This document shows positions 1 through 9,654 of a stretch of 64,000 nucleotides of DNA, piece by piece. The position numbers and the translations under genes are program-made. Source of the DNA: Vicinamibacterales bacterium (GTDB lineage Bacteria > Acidobacteriota > Vicinamibacteria > Vicinamibacterales > JAMQPK01). The notes below the pieces were generated by a model. That model searched no databases, was not told where the DNA came from, and saw only the letters and a program-made list of their open reading frames with translations. How positions within the stretch are numbered: the stretch's first letter is position 1; every line of letters starts with the position of its first letter. The stretch spans positions 29,993 through 93,992 of the forward strand of contig CAWKKU010000001.1 of NCBI GenBank assembly GCA_963850295.1, read 5' to 3'.

Positions 1-592
1 AACACTTTGGAGATTCCCGCCTCGGCGGCCTTGGCGTGGCCGCTCACCGTCTCGCCGCCGGCCTGGCCGTTGTGGGGATAGAAGTACGCATGCCGCTCGA
101 GGGCCGATTTCTCCCACCACTCCGCGCTCTTGCTCATCGGCATGATGATCGCGTTGCCCGCCACCCGCCCGGACTGGCGCGACAGCGCAGGCTTATAGGC
201 GTATTTCTGCATCTCGGCGCTGCTGTAGCGCGGCATGCGCTCGGCGCCGTCGAGCATGATCACGTCGGCCGCGCCCGCAATGCGCCGTTTGAAGTCGCAG
301 GTGACTTCTTCGAGCCGCGGACGGTAGTTGGCCGACAGATGGACCACGTAACGCGCAGAAGAGATGCCCCCGCCGGCAGCCGGCGAGTCGCTCGTCAGAA
401 ACTGGATTGTTTCGCGAGGCTGGCCGTCGCGCGAGCCGTCGGCGTCGTAGTCGTTGAAAAACCCGCGGCAGATGTTCGATCCCGCCGACCGCAGCTTCGC
501 GAGCGTCGCCGCATCGTCTTCGTAGGGAATGACGAAGAGGAATTGCTGTGGGTGAGATTCACCGCCGGGTCGGCGTGACCGTTGGTTCCCAC
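1..592 (-). CDS. Chlorite dismutase/heme peroxidase-like protein, 5' part (runs off the left edge; apparent frameshift near 545)
   Basis: Not in the ORF track. Manual translation of the minus strand gives QFLFVIPYEDD...AIIMPMSKSAEWWEKSALERHAYFYPH...GHAKAAEAGI, resembling the Cld-family 'P-x-x-K-S-x-x-W-W-x5-R' segment. The likely GTG start at 592 (MGTNGHADPAVNLTH) is in a different frame. Confidence 0.5.
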
Positions 593-611
593 TAATGATT
601 GCTCACGTGTC

Positions 612-1856
612 CTATCGGCCGTAGAGGGCGCGGGTCGAGAGGCGCCGTGCAATATCTGTGCACTCCGCCGCCGCGCTGTCACGCGCGCAACGCACGCGCG
701 CCAGCACGAGTCCGATCACCAGCAGCAGGATCCCCCACCCGACCGTCAGCGATTCGAACCCGACGCGCTCGAGCAGAAATCCTCCGAGTGCGGGCGCCAC
801 CATCAACCCGACGGCCCACGCCATGTTGTAGACGCCGTAGACGACGCCGTACGACTCGAAGCCGGCGGCCGCGGCGACCGCCGCCATGTAGGCGAGCGAC
901 GGCGTGACGATCATGCTGAACACCATCCACATCGGCACCATCGCGAAGGCCGCCGAGCGGAAATCGCTCGCCAGGCTCAGCGCCGGCAGCATCAGCGCCG
1001 AGGCGACGAGACCGACCAACATCAGCCGCCGGCCGCCCCATCGATCGCTCAACCGTCCGTAAATCGGATGCATCGCGGTGGACGCCACCGCGGCGATGCC
1101 GAACAGCGTCCCGATTGCGGCAGGACCAAGCCCGAGGCGGCTCTCGAGCACCAGTGGAATCACGGGTTCGAGCATCGCGATCGTGCCGCCGCCGGCCACG
1201 ACCACGAGCGCGCAAATGGCGATCGGGCGGTGGGTCAGGACCTTCGACATCGGCACCGACGAACCGGATCCGGTCGTGCGCGGCGCCACCAGCGCAAACG
1301 CAATCAGGTCGGCGACAGCCATCGCCGCGACCACGAGAAACGGCAGGCGAATGCCCCCGGCCTCATACAGCCAGCCTCCCATCACCGGCCCGATGATGAT
1401 GCCGAGCGTGCTGCCCGCCATGGCGAGACCCATCGCCCGGCCGCGCTCTTCAGGGCCATAGAGGTCCGCGATCATGGCGAAGCCGACAATCCACGTCATG
1501 CCATCGGCGGCGCCTTGCAGCAGACGCGCGACGAACAGCATCGTGAGCGACTGGGCGTATGCGAACGCCAGCGTCGACGCCGCGAGCAGCGCCAGGCCGA
1601 AGATCATCGGCCCCTTCCGGCCGATGCGATCCGAGATTGCCCCCATCGGCACCGACAGGACGAGCAGCGTCACGCCGAACGACGCGAACAGCAGCCCGAT
1701 GGTCGTCGCGCTGGCGTTGAACCGGACCGCGTAATCGGGCAGGACGGGAACGGCAACCGAATAGGCGACCAGGTCGGTGAAGGTTGCGGTGGTGATGGTG
1801 GCGAGAACGACGGCGCGGGAGTAGGGGTAAGGGCCCTTGCCCCTTGCCCCTTTCAA
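612..1856 (-). CDS. MFS transporter (DHA1/SLC18 vesicular-amine-transporter-like)
   Basis: C-terminal part of ORF 612..2771: about 12 hydrophobic segments, motif A '[10 protein letters not shown]' and a second copy '[11 protein letters not shown]'. A TTG start at 1856 overlaps the glgB stop. Confidence 0.85.
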   Translation of the reverse strand: MKGARGKGPYPYSRAVVLATITTATFTDLVAYSVAVPVLPDYAVRFNASATTIGLLFASFGVTLLVLSVPMGAISDRIGRKGPMIFGLALLAASTLAFAYAQSLTMLFVARLLQGAADGMTWIVGFAMIADLYGPEERGRAMGLAMAGSTLGIIIGPVMGGWLYEAGGIRLPFLVVAAMAVADLIAFALVAPRTTGSGSSVPMSKVLTHRPIAICALVVVAGGGTIAMLEPVIPLVLESRLGLGPAAIGTLFGIAAVASTAMHPIYGRLSDRWGGRRLMLVGLVASALMLPALSLASDFRSAAFAMVPMWMVFSMIVTPSLAYMAAVAAAAGFESYGVVYGVYNMAWAVGLMVAPALGGFLLERVGFESLTVGWGILLLVIGLVLARVRCARDSAAAECTDIARRLSTRALYGR

Positions 1857-3745
1857 CGCGTCCGCTTCAGCATCAAACATCCCAGCGGGGGAAGCATCAG
1901 CGACAGACGATGCGGACGGCCGTGCGCGGGGATCGGCGTGGATTCGAGCCCGCCGGCGTTTCCGAGATTGCTGCCGCCATAAATCTCCGCGTCGCTGTTC
2001 AGCAACTCGACGTAGCGGCCGGGCTCCGGCACTCCGATGACGTAATCCGGCCTCGGGACCGGCGTGAAGTTGACGGCAACGACGACAAAATCTGACGGGT
2101 CGTACGCGCGCCTGATGAACGACACCACGCTGCCCTCGAAGTCGCTGCAATCCAGCCATTCGAAGCCGGAATGGTCGAAATCCACTTGATGAAGGGCCGG
2201 CTGCTCCGCCTGCGTCCGGTTCAGATCGCGCACCCACTGCTGGATGCCGCGATGCTCCGGATATTGCAGCAGATGCCAGTCGAGGCTCTCGTCGTGGGTC
2301 CATTCGCGCCACTGAGCGAACTCGCAGCCCATGAACATGAGCTTTTTGCCGGGATGGCCGTACATGTAGCCGTAGAGCGCGCGCAGTGTCGCGCGTTTCT
2401 GCCAGATATCTCCAGGCAGCTTGTCGAGCATCGCGCGCTTGCCGTGCACGACCTCGTCGTGTGAGAACGGCAGGATGAAGTTTTCGGTAAACGCGTACAG
2501 CAGCGAAAACGTCAGATCGTTGTGCGCCCAGCGCCGGTAAATCGGATCTTTGCTGACGTACTCGAGCATGTCGTGCATCCACCCCATGTTCCACTTGTAG
2601 GTGAATCCGAGACCGCCGAGATGCACCGGACGCGTGACGCCCGGCCACGCCGTGGATTCTTCGGCGAGGGTGATGGAGCCGGGATATTGCGAATGCGTCT
2701 GCACGTTGAGCTGCCGGAGAAACTCCATCGCTTCGAGGTTTTCGCGGCCGCCGTAGACGTTCGGCAGCCACTCCCCTTCTTTTCTCGAGTAGTCGAGATA
2801 CAACATCGACGCGACGGCGTCGACGCGCAGGCCGTCGATGTGGTACTCCTCCAGCCAGAACAGCGCGCTGCTCAGGAGGAACGCCCGCACTTCATGACGC
2901 CCGTAGTTGAATACGAGCGTGCCCCAGTCGCGATGTTCCCCCTGCCGCGGATCTTCGTGTTCGTAGAGCGCCGTTCCGTCGAACCGCGCGAGGCCGTGTG
3001 CGTCTTTCGGAAAATGTCCGGGCACCCAGTCGAGCAGCACGCCGATGCCGTTCTGATGACATTCATCGACAAACGCCTTGAAATCTTCCGGCGGTCCGAA
3101 ACGGCTCGTCGGCGCGAAAAACCCGGTCACCTGATAGCCCCACGACCCGGCGAACGGATGTTCGAGCACCGGGAGGAGCTCGATGTGCGTGAACCCCATC
3201 TCCTTCACGTAAGGAATGAGCTGCTGCGACATCTCGCGGTATGTCAGGGGCGCGTTGCCGCGCTCCGGCACGCGCTTCCACGAGCCGAGGTGCACTTCGT
3301 AAATCGATACGGGCTTGTCGAGCCAGCCGTTGTTGTCGGCGCGCCGCTCCATCCACTCCTGGTCGCGCCACGCGTGGCGGTCGAGATCCCAGACGATGGC
3401 CGCGCCACTTGCGTCGGACTCGAAGAACACTCCGTAGGGATCGGTCTTCTGGAGCCTGGCGCCGTCCACGCGGGACAGGATCTCGAATTTGTAGCGGTCG
3501 CCGTTGCCGACGTCGGGGACGAACGTTTCCCAGATGCCGCTCGACCCGAGGTTGCGCATGACATGCGAGCGCGCGTTCCAGCCGTTGAAGTCGCCGATGA
3601 CGCTCACCTGTTCGGCGTTCGGCGCCCATACGGCAAAGTGCACGCCCTGTTTTCCGTCGACCTCGCGCCGGTGCGCGCCGAGCTTTTCGTAGGCGCGGTG
3701 CAGCGTGCCTTCGTTGAACAGATGCAGGTCGTATTCGGTGAGCAC
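1853..3745 (-). CDS. glgB: 1,4-alpha-glucan branching enzyme (GH13_9)
   Basis: [33 protein letters not shown], catalytic [21 protein letters not shown] and [10 protein letters not shown] motifs. Confidence 0.97.
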   Translation of the reverse strand: MLTEYDLHLFNEGTLHRAYEKLGAHRREVDGKQGVHFAVWAPNAEQVSVIGDFNGWNARSHVMRNLGSSGIWETFVPDVGNGDRYKFEILSRVDGARLQKTDPYGVFFESDASGAAIVWDLDRHAWRDQEWMERRADNNGWLDKPVSIYEVHLGSWKRVPERGNAPLTYREMSQQLIPYVKEMGFTHIELLPVLEHPFAGSWGYQVTGFFAPTSRFGPPEDFKAFVDECHQNGIGVLLDWVPGHFPKDAHGLARFDGTALYEHEDPRQGEHRDWGTLVFNYGRHEVRAFLLSSALFWLEEYHIDGLRVDAVASMLYLDYSRKEGEWLPNVYGGRENLEAMEFLRQLNVQTHSQYPGSITLAEESTAWPGVTRPVHLGGLGFTYKWNMGWMHDMLEYVSKDPIYRRWAHNDLTFSLLYAFTENFILPFSHDEVVHGKRAMLDKLPGDIWQKRATLRALYGYMYGHPGKKLMFMGCEFAQWREWTHDESLDWHLLQYPEHRGIQQWVRDLNRTQAEQPALHQVDFDHSGFEWLDCSDFEGSVVSFIRRAYDPSDFVVVAVNFTPVPRPDYVIGVPEPGRYVELLNSDAEIYGGSNLGNAGGLESTPIPAHGRPHRLSLMLPPLGCLMLKRTR

Positions 3746-3748
3746 GCG

Positions 3749-4648
3749 CTACGCCTCCACTTCCATCGTTCCTTCCGCCACGAACACCGACGTGCCACCC
3801 ACGCGCACGCGCGAGATGTTGCCAGGCGCGACCCTCAATCGAGACGTGGATCCAGCTCGGGCGGCCCATCTTGACGCCTTGCAGGTTCACCATCGCCTGC
3901 GCCTGGTCGGGCGCGACGACCGAGTGGTGGACCAGATACGATCCCAGCGGCCCGCTCGCGCTTCCGGTCGCCGGATCTTCGATGATGCCGAACTGCGGCG
4001 CGAACATCCTCGAGTAGGTCGTCGCCGTATCACCGGCATCGGCGCGATCGGTCGTGAAGACGTACGCCTCGAAGTTCATGAGGCGTGCATCCGGCACGGC
4101 GCGATCGACCGCCGCGCGGGTGGCGAGCGGCACGAAGACGTAGGGTACGCCGCACGACACCTGCTGCACCGGCAGCCCCGTCGATCGAATATCGTCTTCC
4201 GGCAGACCCAGGGCGGCCGCGACCCGCCCCAGGTCGTCGATGATCGGACCGAACACGGGAGTTTGCTGCGTCATCCAGGCGAAATCAAGGCCGGCGCCGT
4301 TCCATTCCATCGTCACCGGCGTCGGACCGATGTTCAACCCGAACGACCACTCCGCGCGTCCTGCCGCAATCGCACCATCCCGGGCGAGCGCGAAGGTGCT
4401 CCCGACGACAGGATGGCCGGCCATTGGAAGCTCGTTTCCGGGGGTGAAGATCCGCATGCGGACGTCGGTGTCGGGACGTTCCGCCCGCGTCACGAACGTC
4501 GTTTCGGCAAAGCCGATTTCGCGCGCGATTTGCTGCATGATGAGCGGCGGCAGCCCGGCGGCGCCGGAAACACGGCGAGCTGGTTTCCGCCGAAGCGCCG
4601 GCCGGAGAAAACGTCGTAATGCAGGTACCGGTAGCGGGAAATGCCCAT
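3749..4648 (-). CDS. PhzF family epimerase/isomerase (frameshifted near 4560 and 3830)
   Basis: N-terminus [27 protein letters not shown]; core [37 protein letters not shown]; C-terminus [20 protein letters not shown] lies in another frame. Confidence 0.85.
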
Positions 4649-4691
4649 GCTAGGATGATTATTCTACGAATCGAGAAGGAGAGCTTCCCCC

Positions 4692-5489
4692 ATGATGAGC
4701 ATGATGAGATGGTTCCTTGCTTCGTGTGTCACCGCGGCGCTGGCGATCGCTCCTGCTGCCGCGCAGACTTCCACGCCGGCGAAGCCATCGACACCGCAAA
4801 CGCAGAAACCCGCACCCGCAAAACCGGCGGCACCGCACGTACAGCGAAGCCCGCACCGTCCACAGCGAAGCCCGCACCTTCGACGGCCAAGCCCGCTGCA
4901 TCGACGGCAAAGCCGACCGCGCCTGCCGCACCCGCGGCGACTGCGGCGAAATACGGGCCCGGGGTGTACGCCCACTTCACGACGAACCAGGGAAATTTCA
5001 TCGTGCAGACTCTTCGACAAGGACGCACCGATCACGGTACAGAACTTCATCGGCCTGGCCGAAGGCAAGAAGGCATGGACCGACCCGCGAACCAATCGAA
5101 GCGTCCGCCGGCCCTATTACAACAATCTGACGTTCCACCGCATCATTCCGAACTTCATGATTCAGGGCGGCGATCCGACAGGCACTGGATTTTCGGGCCC
5201 TGGCTTCAAGTTCAACGACGAGATCAGCCCGAAGCTGAAGCACGATCGTCCGGGCATCCTGTCGATGGCCAATGCCGGGCCGAACACCAACGGCGGGCAG
5301 TTCTTCATCACGGTCGCGCCGTATCCCTCGCTCGACGGCAAATATTCGATCTTCGGCGAAGTCATCGAAGGTATCGATCGCGTCGTCGCGATCTCGAAAG
5401 TGCCCACCTCCGGACCGAAGGGGGATCCTCCGAACAAGCCGCTCGCACCGGTCGTGATGAAGTCCGTGAGAATCGAGCGCGTTTCCTAG
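4692..5489 (+). CDS. Exported cyclophilin-type peptidyl-prolyl isomerase with Pro/Ala/Lys-rich linker (two compensating frameshifts near 4835 and 5005)
   Basis: Signal peptide; FHRIIPNFMIQGGDPTGTG, GILSMANAGPNTNGGQFFIT; the segment (TAKPAPS)n...YAHFTTNQGNFIV is in the frame of ORF 4619..5515. Confidence 0.9.
   Translation: MMSMMRWFLASCVTAALAIAPAAAQTSTPAKPSTPQTQKPAPAKPAAPHVQRSPHRPQRSPHLRRPSPLHRRQSRPRLPHPRRLRRNTGPGCTPTSRRTREISSCRLFDKDAPITVQNFIGLAEGKKAWTDPRTNRSVRRPYYNNLTFHRIIPNFMIQGGDPTGTGFSGPGFKFNDEISPKLKHDRPGILSMANAGPNTNGGQFFITVAPYPSLDGKYSIFGEVIEGIDRVVAISKVPTSGPKGDPPNKPLAPVVMKSVRIERVS
4841..4920 (+). repeat. About 4 coding 21-bp tandem repeats (TAKPAPS/TAKPAAS linker)
   Basis: acagcgaagcccgcaccgtcc acagcgaagcccgcaccttcg acggccaagcccgctgcatcg acggcaaagccg. 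Confidence 0.8.
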
Positions 5490-5492
5490 GGG

Positions 5493-5766
5493 CTAGGAGC
5501 CTGTCCGAGTCATAGCATAGGTCGCGCGCATGGGGCTTGCGGACGAGATCGAGGCGCGAGAAGGAGGCGATGCGGGACATCGCCGACGACGAGTAACGAT
5601 GAGCTCGCCCGCAATCCCCGTGCGCCCTTCGGGTTCCGGCGGCGCGCCGGCATCTGCGGCGTTGCTCCTCCCTCAGATATTCCCGATATCCTCGGTCGTC
5701 GCGCCTGGCATCTGCCGACGCGGCGCTCGGAACGCGACCCATGCTATGACTCGGACAGGCTCCTAG
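5493..5766. mobile_element. MITE-like non-autonomous element with 34-bp terminal inverted repeats bounded by CTAG
   Basis: Left end CTAGGAGCCTGTCCGAGTCATAGCATAGGTCGCG (5493-5526); right end CGCGACCCATGCTATGACTCGGACAGGCTCCTAG (5733-5766); one mismatch; no transposase inside. Confidence 0.8.
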
Positions 5767-7022
5767 TGCCGCAGGTTGTCGTGGTCGTGGGCGCGGGGTT
5801 CGCGGGTTTGAACGCGGCCAAGAAGCTCGCGAACAAAGACAACCTGCAGGTCGTTCTCATCGACCATCGCAACCACCATCTGTTCCAGCCGCTGCTCTAT
5901 CAGGTGGCAACGGCTGGGCTCAATCCGTCCGACATCGCGGTACCGATTCGCGTGCAGTTCCGCAACGCGCAGAACGTCCACATCCATCTGGGACGCGTGA
6001 GCGGCGTCAATTTCGAGCGCCAGGTCGTCTTCGGCGACGGGCGCGAACTGCCGTTTTCCTATCTCATCCTCGCGTGCGGCGCGCGGCACAGCTACTTCGG
6101 TCATCCCGAGTGGGAGGAGTTTGCCCCCGGGCTGAAAACGCTGGAACAGGCGACCGAAATGCGGCGCCGGATGCTCGTCGCATTCGAGCTCGCGGAAAAC
6201 GAGCTCGACGGTCCTACTCAGCGCACCTACCTGACCTTTGTCGTCGTCGGGGGCGGCCCCACGGGCGTAGAACTGGCGGGAGCGATCGCCGACATCAGCC
6301 GCACCGCGATGTGCGGCGACTTCCGGCGCATCGATCCGTCGAAGGCACACGTCATCCTGCTCGAGGCCGCGCCGCGGGTGTTGACGACGTTTTCGGAGGA
6401 GCTTTCCGAGCACGCCCGCCGCGATCTGACGGCGATCGGCGTCGAGGTGCGCACCGGCGCGAAAGTCGATGCGATCGATGCCGAAGGAGTGACGATCGGC
6501 AACCAGAAGATCCTCGCGCGGACGGTGTTCTGGGCGGCGGGAGTGCAGGCTGAAAGGCTCACCTTCATCCCGCCGCTGGAGGCGGACCGGGCGCAGCGGA
6601 TTAAGGTGGAGAAAGACTTTTCAGTGCCAGGACACCGGAATGTCTTCGTCGTCGGCGACATGGCGTCGCTCGAGATAGCGCCCGGGCAGCTCGTTCCAGG
6701 CGTGGCGCCGGCAGCGATTCAGGCTGGCGAATACGCCGCGGAGATGATTCTGCGAGACATGGTCGGAGATCCGCGCGAGCCGTTCGTCTACAAAGACAAG
6801 GGAACGATGGCGACGATCGGCAAGAGCCGGGCGGTTGGGCAAATTGGACGAGTGTCGCTCACCGGACGCCTCGCGTGGTTCGCCTGGCTGCTCATTCACG
6901 TGTATCAGCTGATCGGCTTCCGCAACCGCGCGGCGGTCGTCTTCAACTGGGCATGGAACTATATGTTCTCGCGGCGCGAAGCCAGGCTCATCACGGAGAA
7001 GGAGTGGCGCCTACGGAACTGA
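5766..7022 (+). CDS. ndh: Type II NADH dehydrogenase (NDH-2)
   Basis: [55 protein letters not shown]. Confidence 0.92.
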   Translation: MPQVVVVVGAGFAGLNAAKKLANKDNLQVVLIDHRNHHLFQPLLYQVATAGLNPSDIAVPIRVQFRNAQNVHIHLGRVSGVNFERQVVFGDGRELPFSYLILACGARHSYFGHPEWEEFAPGLKTLEQATEMRRRMLVAFELAENELDGPTQRTYLTFVVVGGGPTGVELAGAIADISRTAMCGDFRRIDPSKAHVILLEAAPRVLTTFSEELSEHARRDLTAIGVEVRTGAKVDAIDAEGVTIGNQKILARTVFWAAGVQAERLTFIPPLEADRAQRIKVEKDFSVPGHRNVFVVGDMASLEIAPGQLVPGVAPAAIQAGEYAAEMILRDMVGDPREPFVYKDKGTMATIGKSRAVGQIGRVSLTGRLAWFAWLLIHVYQLIGFRNRAAVVFNWAWNYMFSRREARLITEKEWRLRN

Positions 7023-7023
7023 C

Positions 7024-7162
7024 GGGGATTGGGGATTTGGGATTAGACACTGAGACACGCGTCGCAACGCCAATCCCTAATCCCCAATCCCCAATCCCCA
7101 ATCCCCAATCCCCAATCCCCAATCCCCAATCCCCAATCCCCAATCCCTAGTCCCTAGTCCCT
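7024..7162. repeat. Inverted heptamer tandem repeat: (GGGGATT)-like x3, then (AATCCCC)-like x13, between convergent genes
   Basis: Read directly; right arm 7072-7162 overlaps the stop region of the DUF421 gene. Confidence 0.95.
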
Positions 7163-7603
7163 ACTCGCCGGCACAACTGTAATGCCGCCGTGCCTCTCGA
7201 GGATTGCGTACTTGAACTGTTCCAGGCGCTCGAGTCCGTGATGCTCTCGGCCGGCGGCGAGGACCTCCGATAAGGTCACGCCTTCCTGTTTGGCGCGATC
7301 CTCGAGCAGCCGGCCGTTTTCGACGACGACCACCGGAAGGCTGCCCACCACCCGGGCGAACGACGGCCACCGGCATTCCATCCGCGAAAACATCACTTCG
7401 AGAGCCACGAGTGTGGCGATCGCCACCCATGCGTTGACGATCGAAAAATCGTTGCCGAGCAGCGCCTGCTGTGTCGCTTCGCCAATGATCAGCAGCAGGA
7501 TGAAGTCGAACGTGGTGATCTGGCTCAGCGACCGTTTTCCGCTGATGCGGAAGACGACGAGCACGAAGAGATAGACGGCGAGCGAACGAAATACGGTATG
7601 CAT
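7154..7603 (-). CDS. DUF421/YetF family membrane protein
   Basis: FRISGKRSLSQITTFDFILLLIIGEATQQ, G-x-P-VVVVENG, AILERHGGITVV. Confidence 0.85.
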   Translation of the reverse strand: MHTVFRSLAVYLFVLVVFRISGKRSLSQITTFDFILLLIIGEATQQALLGNDFSIVNAWVAIATLVALEVMFSRMECRWPSFARVVGSLPVVVVENGRLLEDRAKQEGVTLSEVLAAGREHHGLERLEQFKYAILERHGGITVVPASRD

Positions 7604-7616
7604 GGCGACCTCGTCC

Positions 7617-8111
7617 TCAGAACAAAGCGAGTTGGGTAAATCGCACGGACGGTCCGTTCACGAGGCCAACCTCCGCCTCGAGCGTGCCGTACGACTGATG
7701 ATCGACCTGCATGGTGACGATCGCCTCTGAAGAGCCGATCCGGATCAGATACACATGCCGGGCGGCGTCAATCGTGACCAGTTCCGGCTCCGGCACGACG
7801 CTTTCGATCCGCACGTGTTCGAAATACGGGGCTGACACAAACACGCGGACATCTCCGGGCGAAGCGCGCAGGTGGAGTCTGATGGTAGACGCGGCACCAC
7901 GGCGCACGAATCGTTCGTACTCGACGAACACGGGACCACCGCGCTCGCCCGCTTCGCCATGACTCACGGGGCCTCCCATCCCGGTGAAGCCGAGCAGCGC
8001 CGCTAGTACAAACAACAAGAGAACGCCGATCCCGACGCGCTGAAGAAACCATTCGCGCTTCTGAAAATTCAGGTCTTCGTCGATGTCGAGGGAGCGCCCT
8101 TTTCCACTCAT
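7617..8111 (-). CDS. Hypothetical single-TM membrane protein, upstream partner of DUF421
   Basis: ORF 7617..8291 trimmed to ATG 8111 (MSGKGRSLDIDEDLNFQKREW...); one TM segment then a beta-rich domain. Confidence 0.7.
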   Translation of the reverse strand: MSGKGRSLDIDEDLNFQKREWFLQRVGIGVLLLFVLAALLGFTGMGGPVSHGEAGERGGPVFVEYERFVRRGAASTIRLHLRASPGDVRVFVSAPYFEHVRIESVVPEPELVTIDAARHVYLIRIGSSEAIVTMQVDHQSYGTLEAEVGLVNGPSVRFTQLALF

Positions 8112-8131
8112 CTGGAATCTCGCGCTGACGC

Positions 8132-9253
8132 TCACTTGAACAACAGCGGAGCGATTTCGTTCAGATACCGGCGCCACACCATCCAGGTGTGAGCACCGCC
8201 GGTTTCCCGGAACGTGTGCTTGATGTTGTTGGCCGTCAGGAGTTCCGACAGGCTCTTCGACTGGCCGAACAGGCTGTCTTCCGTCCCGCACCCAATCCAG
8301 ACGAGATGCAGCTTCTTATTGGCCTCTTCGGCGTTGGCAATGAGCGTCGCGTACGTCTTGGGGTAATTCGCGGCATTGCCGAGGGCCGCGCTGAAGCCGC
8401 CAACATAGCTGAACCTGTCGATGTTGTTGAGGCCGATGCTCACCGCCTGCCCGCCGCCCATCGAGAGCCCGACGATGGCTCGCTTGTCGCGATCTGCCAC
8501 GGCCCGGTAAGTGCTCTCGACGAATGGGATGACGTCTTCGAGCAGATCTTTTGCGAACTTTGCCGTGTTCTCGGTCTGCGGCCCATCCGGAGGCACGCCG
8601 TAGCCGAACGGCATGACAACGATGAACGGCTGAACGGCGCGAGCGGCAATGAGGTTGTCGAGGATGAGGTTCGCGCGTCCGAGGCGGTACCACGCATTCT
8701 CATCGGCGTTGGCGCCGTGAAACAGATAGAGCACTGGATAACGCGCGCTCGAGCTCTTGTCGTAACCCGGCGGCGTATACACAGTGAGCCGCCGCACGGT
8801 GCCCAGCGACGTCGACTGATACCAATGCGTGCGGATGTCTCCATGCGGCACCGGCTGCGCGTCGTAGAACGCGGGCGACGAGGGACGAACCTCGAGCACG
8901 CTGGTAATCGTGCTCGCCGTCGAACCGGTCTTCAGCTGCGGGTTCGACGGATCGATCGTACGCACGCCATCGATGGTGAAGTTGTAGTGGTATACCTCAG
9001 GCTCGACCGGTCCCACCGTGACGGTCCAGATGCCGTCGCTGCCCCGTTCCATTTTTCGAGGGCCGTCGAGGAACTCGCCAGTGAGGATCACCTCATCGGA
9101 CTTGGGCGCGTTCAGTCGAAACACGACGCGCCCGTCGGGCTGGATGTCGGGCGAGACGATACGCGGCGTCTGCGCCAGCAGACACGGCCCGGCCGTGAGG
9201 AATACAGCGACGGTAAGCGTGACGAGTCTCATTGTTATGCCCATGTTTTTCAT
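8132..9253 (-). CDS. Secreted esterase (CE1/alpha-beta hydrolase with N-terminal CBM48-like domain)
   Basis: Signal peptide; VYTPPGY, YPVLYLFHG, nucleophile GLSMGG, GAHTWMVWR. Confidence 0.9.
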   Translation of the reverse strand: MKNMGITMRLVTLTVAVFLTAGPCLLAQTPRIVSPDIQPDGRVVFRLNAPKSDEVILTGEFLDGPRKMERGSDGIWTVTVGPVEPEVYHYNFTIDGVRTIDPSNPQLKTGSTASTITSVLEVRPSSPAFYDAQPVPHGDIRTHWYQSTSLGTVRRLTVYTPPGYDKSSSARYPVLYLFHGANADENAWYRLGRANLILDNLIAARAVQPFIVVMPFGYGVPPDGPQTENTAKFAKDLLEDVIPFVESTYRAVADRDKRAIVGLSMGGGQAVSIGLNNIDRFSYVGGFSAALGNAANYPKTYATLIANAEEANKKLHLVWIGCGTEDSLFGQSKSLSELLTANNIKHTFRETGGAHTWMVWRRYLNEIAPLLFK

Positions 9254-9654
9254 CTGCGCGGCCGCCGCCGCAGTGAATCGAGGCTCCAGATGCCCGCTCC
9301 GCGAGCGGCCATATAGAGAAACGCGAAGCAGAAAAGAACCGCCAGTTCCCCCTGGTTTTCGAGCGGCCAGAACGCCGTCCGCTGATGCCCCTTGAAATAG
9401 GCCACGGCCATTTCACCGCTCGCGATAAACGCGGCAGCTTTGATGAACAGCCCCGTCATGATCAGCGTCCCCGCAGTCAGTTCGATGAGGCCGGCGATGC
9501 CTGCTTCGCTGGTCAGCGAAGGCAGCTGTCCGCCGAAAATCGCGCGCCCTCCGAACATGCCGAACACCTTCTGCAATCCGTGCGACAGAAACATGAGACC
9601 GAACACGATGCGGAACACGGCATAGGTGTGAGGAATGTAGCGTTCGGGAATCAT
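9250..9654 (-). CDS. DoxX family membrane protein
   Basis: RIVFGLMFLSHGLQK, ASGEMAVAYF, NQGELAVLFCF, GAGIWSLD. Confidence 0.9.
   Translation of the reverse strand: MIPERYIPHTYAVFRIVFGLMFLSHGLQKVFGMFGGRAIFGGQLPSLTSEAGIAGLIELTAGTLIMTGLFIKAAAFIASGEMAVAYFKGHQRTAFWPLENQGELAVLFCFAFLYMAARGAGIWSLDSLRRRPRR

Noticed and set aside
612-2771. 719-aa ORF suggesting a large N-terminal extension on the MFS transporter
   Set aside because: The first ~300 aa are an Arg-rich alternative frame of glgB; the transporter starts near 1856.
3063-4538. 491-aa PhzF 'fusion' protein
   Set aside because: A frameshift near 3830 runs PhzF into an off-frame reading of glgB; the true C-terminus ends at 3749.
4830-5010. 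Programmed double frameshift in the cyclophilin
   Set aside because: No slippery heptamer or stimulatory structure seen, and neighbouring genes show similar indels, favouring sequence error.
6875-7150. ORF ending in (PQSPIPN)n
   Set aside because: Translation of the AATCCCC heptamer array overlapping ndh; not a credible protein.
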